Shown here in pieces: positions 1 through 6,405 of a stretch of 10,666 bases of DNA (its first letter is position 1; each line of letters starts with the position of its first letter). This DNA comes from a virus (lineage: Duplodnaviria > Heunggongvirae > Uroviricota > Caudoviricetes). The stretch spans positions 1 through 10,666 of IMG/VR virus record IMGVR_UViG_638341082_000009. One strand, written 5' to 3'. The notes below the pieces were generated by a model that saw only the letters and a list, made by a program, of their open reading frames with translations, was not told where the DNA came from and ran no database searches. A program made the translations under genes and the position numbers.

Positions 1-1053
1 TTACGGGGTAATGCCAACCGCTGCCGCCACTTTGTCGCCACTTGGCAGCGTTGCCAGAGGATTGAAACGGAGCGCCGTTTCTAGATGATCCGGTGCCAGA
101 TGTGCGTAACGCATAGTCATTTTTATATCGTGGTGTCCGAGAATTTTTTGTAAGGCCAGAATGTTTCCACCCGACATCATGAAGTGCGCCGCAAACGTAT
201 GGCGCAGAACGTGTGTGAGTTGACCGCGAGGGAGCACGATAGACGTTTTTTCCATCACGGATAAAAATTGAAAATAGCAGTCTGTGAAGAAATTGAACCC
301 ATCAAGCGCCATGATCTCTTCATAAAGCTCTTTACTGATAGGGATGCTTCTGTTTTTCTTCCCCTTCGTTCTTACAAAGGTAATTCGGTATTTAGTCACC
401 TGTGATCGGGTAAGGTTTATTGCTTCTCGCCAGCGTGCGCCTGTGCTTAAGCATATCTTGACTACCAGTGCCAGAATTGGGTCCTGACGTTTGCAATCAG
501 CCAGCAGTTCAACAATCTGCTCATGGGTAAGCCATGCCATCTCTTTTTCTGCGATGGTGAATTTTCGCATGTTCTCCAGTGGGTTTGGATACGACCATTC
601 GCCCAGGCGGGATAGTTCGCTAAAAACACTACTTAGATAGCTTTGCTCCAGGTTAATGGTGACCGGGCTGGCTCCTTTCTTCCATTTCTCGCTGAAGTAG
701 ATCTCACCTGTCAGGCGTTTATCTCGATAGTGGGCAAACATTTTAGAGGTGAGATTGGTTGCAAGAGGATTGCCTAGAGCGTCAACCATCAGCAGCAATT
801 TGTCATAGACATGCTGCCCAGCAGTCAGAGATTTACCATGTAATTTGAACCATAGCTCAACCACGTCTTTCAGGGTTCGACGATCCACTGATTCGCCCAG
901 CCAGGGCTTTGATTCGGTTTCTTCCATCGTGTGACGCTCAAAAGCCAGAGCTTCGCCTTTGGTGGCGAATTGTTTACGCACACGACGCCCACTTCGTCCG
1001 GCGGGGTAACATTCGCAAAGCCATTTCCCTGTGGTGAGTTTTCGTACTGCCAT
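1..1053 (-). CDS. int: Phage integrase (tyrosine recombinase, P2/186-like)
   Basis: 350-aa ORF with stop at 1-3. C-terminal region (HTFAAHFMMSGGNILALQKILGHHDIKMTMRYAHL) is typical of the tyrosine recombinase catalytic domain. Minus-strand RBS GGAGGG about 9 nt upstream of the ATG at 1053. Lies downstream of the repressor in the same orientation, as in the P2/186 lysogenic operon. Confidence 0.9.
   Translation of the reverse strand: MAVRKLTTGKWLCECYPAGRSGRRVRKQFATKGEALAFERHTMEETESKPWLGESVDRRTLKDVVELWFKLHGKSLTAGQHVYDKLLLMVDALGNPLATNLTSKMFAHYRDKRLTGEIYFSEKWKKGASPVTINLEQSYLSSVFSELSRLGEWSYPNPLENMRKFTIAEKEMAWLTHEQIVELLADCKRQDPILALVVKICLSTGARWREAINLTRSQVTKYRITFVRTKGKKNRSIPISKELYEEIMALDGFNFFTDCYFQFLSVMEKTSIVLPRGQLTHVLRHTFAAHFMMSGGNILALQKILGHHDIKMTMRYAHLAPDHLETALRFNPLATLPSGDKVAAAVGITP
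19..40. repeat. Left copy of 22-bp imperfect direct repeat (candidate attL core), inside the 3' end of int
   Basis: CGCTGCCGCCACTTTGTCGCCA at 19..40 matches CGCTGCCGCCATTTTGTCGCCA at 7812..7833 at 21 of 22 positions. Similarity ends on both sides of the 22 bp. The two copies bracket all phage-like genes. Confidence 0.5.
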
Positions 1054-1143
1054 AAAAAATGCCCTCCAGTGGAGAGCATTTATACTGTTTTTTTATACAG
1101 TGTCAATGTATGATGATTGGATAACTATACATATGTTATGTGT

Positions 1144-1824
1144 TTAATGCATTTTAGTTACATCTATGTTTTTATTGATTGTCTCTTTGTTACTGGAAAG
1201 TCTTTGTTCTTTTCTTTTAATGTATAACTCCCAACGAATATTATTCATTATGATAGCGTAGATATTAAAAATAAATGTCTTTACTACTAACACTAAGTAA
1301 ATAAGGCTAGTCCCTATAACACAGTATCCAAATTTAATAATTAATTCTTTTATCGATTTTGAATATGGAAATAAATCAATTATATTGCCAATTATTCCAT
1401 CTTTTTGACAAAAGAGAATTATTATTAGATAAATGAAAGTAAACGTAATAAATGAAATGAAAACTTTCATAAATGCCATAAAGTTATATTTTAACGTGGG
1501 CATCTGTGTTTTTTTATGTTGTATTGACATCATCTGAAGAAACATCTCGGGTTTGGATAGTGTTGCAAATATTGTGAAACCAGCAATGAGAAAACCTAAG
1601 GTTGTCACTGCAAAGTTAAAACCAATCAAAGCCCAGTTTCTAATGTCAGATACTAAATGAGACATATCCTTCTCAATAAAAAAAGAGTTTGTTAATAAAA
1701 AAATAGATGCTGTGAGCAAAATGCAAATATGGAATGTACTAATAGTAATCCGTTTGCAGAGCAAGTAAACATCCCAAAGGTTTTTCTCTTTGGTTATTTC
1801 TTTAGCATCTATTTTATTTATCAT
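1144..1824 (-). CDS. Hypothetical membrane protein, about 4 predicted TM helices; candidate effector of a two-gene prophage cargo module
   Basis: 226-aa ORF with four long hydrophobic runs (e.g. ISTFHICILLTASIFLLTNSFFI, WALIGFNFAVTTLGFLIAGFTIFATL, FMAFMKVFISFITFTFIYLIIILFC, LIYLVLVVKTFIFNIYAIIM). Its ATG overlaps the upstream gene's stop as ATGA at 1821-1824. Strongly AT-rich, roughly 30% G+C by manual count of sampled stretches. No family recognised. Confidence 0.6.
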   Translation of the reverse strand: MINKIDAKEITKEKNLWDVYLLCKRITISTFHICILLTASIFLLTNSFFIEKDMSHLVSDIRNWALIGFNFAVTTLGFLIAGFTIFATLSKPEMFLQMMSIQHKKTQMPTLKYNFMAFMKVFISFITFTFIYLIIILFCQKDGIIGNIIDLFPYSKSIKELIIKFGYCVIGTSLIYLVLVVKTFIFNIYAIIMNNIRWELYIKRKEQRLSSNKETINKNIDVTKMH

Positions 1825-2849
1825 CGACCAAACCTTTCATATATATTGCTAATAATTCTAATCGTCTTTTGTGAAAGAGAACGGGGTAGAGATATCTTAC
1901 CTTCTTCTACAAGATTTTCATACCGCTCATAACTTTCATTTGCAGCTACTACCGTATCCTTTGATAATTCATTCATCTCACTTAACAAAACAAAGTCATC
2001 ATTGCTACCTTTGATTATATCACCATTGTCATCATATCCTTTAATATTTATTCCTGAATTAGCCAATCTGGTTGCTGATGTGAGTTGTTCTAAAACAGCA
2101 CCATGATTCAAGCCTGAATCGGTGTTTGAAAAGCGAATAGATGTAGAAATACTTCCCATTTCGTCTCCGGCACTTTCAAGTGACTCCCAAAATTCGTCGT
2201 TATCAATTTCTTCTTGATTTGTAGGGAGAAGTTTTACTGAGACATTTTGGATTTTATTAAAATTATCAATAAATTGCTCTAGGCTTTGTTTGTCAGTTAA
2301 CGGCGTTATTCTTAGCTTCGGGCGTTTGATTTCGTTCCGTAAGCTTTTTTTAGTGACTCGAGGTAAGTCAGGGTTTTCTTTGCGTTCTTCTTGTGCGGTT
2401 TCGTATAAATGAGATATGTATTTTTCATATTCTATGTTTAAGAAGCACTGACTTGTTGACTGAAAGTTTTGAATTGTGGGAGCACCACTAACTTCCTTGC
2501 AAAGAATTAATCTGTGAGTGTTTAATATTAGAAGAAAGAAAGAGCTCGGGGCTGTTTCAAGCTCTTTATGATCTTCAACCAAATCAGCACCATCAAATAC
2601 TTGTTCTCTGGTTAATAATGTATTCTTAATAATCCGACCTTTAATTCCGAGTACTGGGGGTGTTGCTTCTTCGTCAAGTATGACGCATTCAGTATCAATG
2701 AAAAAGAACTCTGATTTGTCAGATATTCTGCGGATGTTTGCCATCTCCAAAAAAGAGGGGAAAACAATTTCATCATAATAGTCTAGCAAAACATCATCAC
2801 CAAAACGGAGAGTATAATTTCCAAATTCGAGTTTTTTTATAAAATCCAT
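1821..2849 (-). CDS. Hypothetical soluble protein (342 aa), first gene of the two-gene cargo module; function unknown
   Basis: 342-aa ORF starting 15 nt after the repressor stop codon, with minus-strand GAGG about 9 nt upstream of the ATG. Strongly AT-rich. Contains acidic stretches; I see no Walker A, HxD or other recognisable catalytic motif. Stop overlaps the start of the downstream membrane-protein gene. Confidence 0.6.
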   Translation of the reverse strand: MDFIKKLEFGNYTLRFGDDVLLDYYDEIVFPSFLEMANIRRISDKSEFFFIDTECVILDEEATPPVLGIKGRIIKNTLLTREQVFDGADLVEDHKELETAPSSFFLLILNTHRLILCKEVSGAPTIQNFQSTSQCFLNIEYEKYISHLYETAQEERKENPDLPRVTKKSLRNEIKRPKLRITPLTDKQSLEQFIDNFNKIQNVSVKLLPTNQEEIDNDEFWESLESAGDEMGSISTSIRFSNTDSGLNHGAVLEQLTSATRLANSGINIKGYDDNGDIIKGSNDDFVLLSEMNELSKDTVVAANESYERYENLVEEGKISLPRSLSQKTIRIISNIYERFGR

Positions 2850-2864
2850 TACTATGCCTCAAGA

Positions 2865-3743
2865 TTAAATAGTACGGTACTGTGAGAAAATTTTGGCAAC
2901 TAATTTTATATCTTCTTTTTCACAATCAAATGTTAAATCATCGTCTGTTACTCGAAGATTGCCTCCAGGTAATAGAAAAATTTGTTTTAACTTGAAATTA
3001 TTTTGGTATTGAACAATCCATCTTCCGTCTTCAACATTAGCTTTATTCATGTGTGCAATATTTATGCAATGTTCGTCTTCAATTGCGAGTAAATCATTAA
3101 AATGAGGAAGCAGGGACTTATCTATCAATAAATGACCAGCATCGAAAATTTGATTGTCAATAAGTTTTACTTTAGGAATTTCTAAAGCTTCACTTTCTTC
3201 GCTTCCAAGTTTTTGCCCGCGCCCAGTTGCTAACCATAAAAGAGAAGTTCTTGTTTCCAACGAGCATCTTATGATCCAGTCAGCTGGGAATGTGTCTCGC
3301 AAGTATCTATTCGCCATTGTGCTTTTAGACACATTCAAATGGTCGGCAAGTTCTTGTCTTGTTTTAAAGCCATACGCTTCCATTAGCCTGTTTATCGCAT
3401 TACGTCCACCTGAATCCAGATTTGGATGGTTCACAATTGGGTTCTCGTTGGTGGTGGCTTTGGGAACATATTGAACCAATGATGCTGGTTCCTCTAATTT
3501 AGCGGGAACTTCGGTATTCTTAGGAAATGGCACGCCTTTTCCGAATGAGAGCCACTCTATAGATGCTCCTGTTTCAATTGCACACTGAATTACCCAGTCA
3601 GCAGGAAATGCGTCACGCATCCAGCGCGTTCCCATAGTACTTGCAGATACATTGAACTGTTCACATAGGGCTTGCCGCGTCTTGAATCCATACGCTTCAA
3701 GCATGCGCGTTATGACTGCCTGTCCTCCGTTTTTGAAATTCAT
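2865..3743 (-). CDS. cI: Phage 186 CI-like immunity repressor with tandemly duplicated N-terminal HTH domain
   Basis: 292 aa. Two paralogous roughly 60-aa segments (ITRMLEAYGFKTRQALCEQFNVSASTMGTRWMRDAFPADWVIQCAIETGASIEWLSFGKG and INRLMEAYGFKTRQELADHLNVSKSTMANRYLRDTFPADWIIRCSLETRTSLLWLATGRG) match the pattern of the 186 CI DNA-binding domain as I recall it. The C-terminal part (GRWIVQYQNNFKLKQIFLLPGGNLRVTDDDLTFDCEKEDIKLVAKIF) resembles the 186 CI C-terminal domain. Divergent from an Apl/Cox-like gene. Confidence 0.8.
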   Translation of the reverse strand: MNFKNGGQAVITRMLEAYGFKTRQALCEQFNVSASTMGTRWMRDAFPADWVIQCAIETGASIEWLSFGKGVPFPKNTEVPAKLEEPASLVQYVPKATTNENPIVNHPNLDSGGRNAINRLMEAYGFKTRQELADHLNVSKSTMANRYLRDTFPADWIIRCSLETRTSLLWLATGRGQKLGSEESEALEIPKVKLIDNQIFDAGHLLIDKSLLPHFNDLLAIEDEHCINIAHMNKANVEDGRWIVQYQNNFKLKQIFLLPGGNLRVTDDDLTFDCEKEDIKLVAKIFSQYRTI

Positions 3744-3769
3744 CTAGTACGCCTTTGAGTAATATTGAG

Positions 3770-3798
3770 TTGACACTTCTCAAATGAAGAATTAATGT
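3770..3798 (+). promoter_or_regulatory. Candidate sigma70 early lytic promoter (pR/Pe-like) in the repressor-apl switch region
   Basis: TTGACA at 3770-3775, 17-bp spacer, TAATGT at 3793-3798, reading rightward toward the Apl-like gene. Sits in the 125-bp divergent intergenic region between the cI start (3743) and the apl start (3869). Confidence 0.45.
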
Positions 3799-3868
3799 GT
3801 GCGAAAGTGAACTTGACGGTGTTAATCACCAGTTACCACACATCATGTTAATCGAGGAATCTTGCATC

Positions 3869-4090
3869 ATGACTCCACATATTTCAATCACCTTAGCTGT
3901 TCCATCTGTTTCTATTGAGAAATACAGCGAACTGACTGGCTTATCTATCGACACCATCAATGACATGCTGGCTGATGGACGTCTTATTCGCCATCGTCTC
4001 CGTAAGGATAAAAAGCGAGAAAAGGTGATGATCAATATCGCAGCAATGACTGTTGATGCACTCGCTGAATGCAATTTGAGCATTAACTAG
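3869..4090 (+). CDS. apl: Apl/Cox-like excisionase and transcriptional regulator (small HTH protein)
   Basis: Start chosen at the ATG at 3869 because GAGGAA lies 9 nt upstream and the longer ORF start at 3797 would fall inside the predicted promoter. Contains an HTH-like segment (YSELTGLSIDTINDMLADGRLIR). First rightward gene, divergent from the repressor, as in the 186/P2 switch. Confidence 0.5.
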   Translation: MTPHISITLAVPSVSIEKYSELTGLSIDTINDMLADGRLIRHRLRKDKKREKVMINIAAMTVDALAECNLSIN

Positions 4091-4104
4091 TTCCATTTTG
4101 GGTT

Positions 4105-4485
4105 ATGTCAGAGATGTCGAATATGTTTGATTACCAAGTTTCCAAACATCCACATTTTGATGAAGCCTGTCGTGCATTCGCATTGCGCCACAACCTGGTG
4201 CAACTGGCAGAACGTGCTGGCATGAATGTGCAGATTCTGCGGAACAAGCTGAACCCAGCTCAACCTCATTTATTAACCGCACCAGAAATCTGGCTGCTTA
4301 CCGATCTGACTGAAGATTCAACGCTGGTAGATGGTTTTCTGGCGCAGATTCATTGTCTGCCATGTGTACCGATTAATGAGGTGGCAAAAGAGAAACTGCC
4401 ACATTACGTCATGAGTGCAACCGCAGAGATCGGGCGTGTTGCTGCAGGTGCGGTATCTGATGAAAGTGCGTGCGCATCAGTATGA
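4105..4485 (+). CDS. cII: CII-like phage regulatory protein (186 CII/CP76-like), probably 3'-truncated or chimeric at a deletion junction
   Basis: 126-aa ORF after apl with an HTH-like segment ([19 protein letters not shown]). Its 3' end runs 26 nt into the X start at 4460, where the gene neighbourhood switches abruptly from early-region to late-region genes. Start codon uncertain (ATG at 4105, 4114 or 4123). Confidence 0.5.
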   Translation: MSEMSNMFDYQVSKHPHFDEACRAFALRHNLVQLAERAGMNVQILRNKLNPAQPHLLTAPEIWLLTDLTEDSTLVDGFLAQIHCLPCVPINEVAKEKLPHYVMSATAEIGRVAAGAVSDESACASV

Positions 4486-4663
4486 CACGGTGGACGCGCT
4501 TTGCTGGCGTCATTACGGGCGCACGCAGGGTGTCACGGAGCAGGTACTGAAGGCAAATCCGGGGCTTGCCGAATACGGCCCCTTTTTACCTCACGGGCTA
4601 CAGGTGGAGCTGCCGGACATTCCGACAACCACCACCGTGCAGACCGTCCAGCTATGGGACTGA
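4460..4663 (+). CDS. X: P2 gpX-like tail protein X (LysM-like)
   Basis: 67-aa product from the internal ATG at 4460 ([54 protein letters not shown]...), matching the length and sequence pattern of P2 gpX. Followed by holin and endolysin genes as in the P2 X-Y-K order. Confidence 0.8.
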   Translation: MKVRAHQYDTVDALCWRHYGRTQGVTEQVLKANPGLAEYGPFLPHGLQVELPDIPTTTTVQTVQLWD

Positions 4664-4666
4664 ATT

Positions 4667-4882
4667 ATGACGCTTGAGCGAATCAGCGCCTTTATCACGT
4701 ATTGCATCGCCGTCGTGCTAGCCTGGCTGGGCGATTTGTCCATCAAGGATGCCTCAACGCTGGGCGGCCTGATGATCGGTGTGCTGATGCTGGCTATCAA
4801 CTGGTACTACAAACACAAAGCCTACCAGCTTCTGCGCGACGGGCAGATCTCGCGGGAGGACTATGAATCCATCAATCGTTAA
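4667..4882 (+). CDS. Y: Phage holin (P2 gpY position)
   Basis: 71-aa small membrane protein with two hydrophobic helices and a charged C-terminus (KHKAYQLLRDGQISREDYESINR). Sits between X and the endolysin start, and its 3' end overlaps the endolysin ATG at 4863. Confidence 0.65.
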   Translation: MTLERISAFITYCIAVVLAWLGDLSIKDASTLGGLMIGVLMLAINWYYKHKAYQLLRDGQISREDYESINR

Positions 4883-5006
4883 ACGCTGCCTTGTCGGGGT
4901 TGTGCTGGCTATTGCTGCCACGCTGCCGGGTTTTCAGCAGCTTCACACCTCCGTGGAGGGACTGAAACTGATCGCCGATTACGAAGGCTGTCGTCTGCAG
5001 CCGTAG
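4863..5006 (+). pseudogene. K: N-terminal fragment of a SAR-type endolysin (gpK position), truncated after about 47 codons
   Basis: MNPSIVKRCLVGVVLAIAATLPGFQQLHTSVEGLKLIADYEGCRLQP then stop. This is the hydrophobic signal-arrest-release segment and the start of the lysozyme catalytic motif (EGC...). The rest of the catalytic domain is absent and the sequence continues directly into tape-measure C-terminal coding sequence. Confidence 0.6.
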
Positions 5007-5032
5007 GTGCTCTGCTTAGTCCGATAGGTCTT

Positions 5033-5923
5033 GTGGTTACTGCACTGGCGGGCGTGGCACTGGTTGTCTGGAAATACTGGCAACCCATCACTGCATTTCT
5101 CGGTGGCGTGGTGGAAGGATTCAAAGCGGCGGCAGGTCCCGTCAGTGCTGCGTTTGAACCACTTAAGCCTGTGTTCCAGTGGATTGGCGACAAAGTGCAG
5201 GCGTTGTGGGGCAGGTTTACTGATCTGCTGACGCCAGTTAAGTCGACCTCTGCAGAACTGCAGAGTGCAGCGGCAATGGGGCGACGATTCGGGGAGGCAC
5301 TGGCGGAAGGGCTGAATATGGTCATGCATCCGCTGGACTCCCTGAAATCCGGCGTTTCCTGGTTGCTGGAGAAGCTCGGCATTGTCAGTAAAGAGGCCGC
5401 AAAGGCAAAACTGCCGGAAAGCGTGACGCGTCAGCAACCTGCGACGGTGAATGCCGACGGTAAAGTGATGATGCCATCGGGTGGTTTTCCATCATGGGGA
5501 TATGGCTTTGCGGGGATGTATGACAGCGGCGGCTATATCCCGCGCGGGCAGTTTGGCATTGTCGGTGAAAACGGGCCTGAAATTGTCAACGGCCCGGCAA
5601 ACGTGACCAGCCGGAGAAATACCGCTGCACTGGCTGCGGTTGTCGCCGGAATGATGGGCGTTGCTGCCGCGCCTGCAGAGCTTCCACCGTTGCATCCTTT
5701 GGCACTTCCCGCGAAAGGCGGCGAAGCGATGGTGAGTCGTGCAGCCACTGTGCCGCCCGTTCAACGGATTGAGGCACCGACGCAGATCATCATTCAGACG
5801 CAGCCAGGACAAAGTGCGCAGGATATTGCGCGGGAGGTGGCCCGCCAGCTTGATGAACGTGAACGCAGGCTGAAGGCAAAGGCCAGGAGTAACTACAGCG
5901 ATCAGGGGGGATACGACGCATGA
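5033..5923 (+). pseudogene. T: C-terminal remnant of tail tape-measure protein (gpT position), no credible native start
   Basis: Reading frame is open from 4883 with no ATG or RBS of its own; 5033 is merely the first GTG. The product ends ...KAKARSNYSDQGGYDA and overlaps the U start as ATGA at 5920-5923. Position immediately upstream of U and D matches the P2 order T-U-D. High G+C, unlike the lysogeny module. Confidence 0.7.
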
Positions 5924-6405
5924 TGATGGTACTGGGATTGTACGTGTTTATGCTGCGCACCGTGCCGTATCAGGAACTGCAGTATCAACGTAGCTGGCGA
6001 CATGCGGCAAACAGTCGGGTAAACCGTCGTCCGTCCACGCAGTTTCTGGGACCGGACAACGACATGCTGACGCTTTCCGGTGTTCTTATGCCGGAGATAA
6101 CAGGCGGCAGGCTGTCGTTGCTGGCTCTGGAGCAGATGGCAGAACAGGGGAAAGCATGGCCCCTGATTGAAGGTAGCGGCACGATTTACGGCATGTATGT
6201 GATTGAGGGACTGAATCAGACTAAAACGGAGTTTTTCCGCGACGGTATGCCGCGCCGGATTGAGTTCACCCTGTCGCTCAAACGGGTGGATGAATCCCTG
6301 TCCGATATGTTCGGTGATCTCAGTTCGCAGCTGAATAATCTGCAGGACACGGCAACATCTGCATTAAGCGATATCAGTAAAACTGTGGGAGGGCTGCTGT
6401 CGTGA
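5920..6405 (+). CDS. U: P2 gpU-like tail protein
   Basis: 161 aa starting MMMVLGLYVFMLRTVPYQELQYQRSWRH..., closely matching P2 gpU as I recall it. Overlaps T (ATGA) and D (GTGA). Confidence 0.85.
   Translation: MMMVLGLYVFMLRTVPYQELQYQRSWRHAANSRVNRRPSTQFLGPDNDMLTLSGVLMPEITGGRLSLLALEQMAEQGKAWPLIEGSGTIYGMYVIEGLNQTKTEFFRDGMPRRIEFTLSLKRVDESLSDMFGDLSSQLNNLQDTATSALSDISKTVGGLLS

Noticed and set aside
870-1113. Small ORFs 870..1079 (-) and 931..1113 (+) overlapping the int 5' end
   Set aside because: They overlap the integrase coding sequence in alternative frames with no supporting signals.
1729-1932. Plus-strand 67-aa ORF across the junction of the two cargo genes
   Set aside because: Antisense to the translationally coupled cargo genes; AT-rich DNA readily yields short spurious ORFs.
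1144-2849. Assigning the cargo pair to lambda RexA/RexB or to Kiwa
   Set aside because: Only the architecture is analogous (soluble protein plus small multi-TM protein, repressor-linked). I see no sequence similarity by eye, and gene order and sizes differ from Kiwa. Naming a family would need a profile or structure search.
3154-3474. Plus-strand 106-aa ORF inside the repressor gene
   Set aside because: Antisense to a well-supported repressor CDS; no independent support.
3797-3868. Longer apl start at 3797 (97-aa version)
   Set aside because: That start would lie within or upstream of the predicted -10 element and lacks an RBS; the ATG at 3869 has GAGGAA 9 nt upstream.
3826-4083. Minus-strand 85-aa ORF antisense to apl
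   Set aside because: Overlaps the better-supported apl frame, which has an RBS and an HTH motif. A leftward transcript may well cross this region, but that does not make it coding.
4909-5437. Minus-strand ORFs of 157 and 152 aa overlapping the tape-measure remnant
   Set aside because: They lie antisense within high-G+C phage coding sequence whose sense frame has a clear assignment; their products are Ala/Arg/Pro/Ser-rich, typical of shadow frames in GC-rich DNA.
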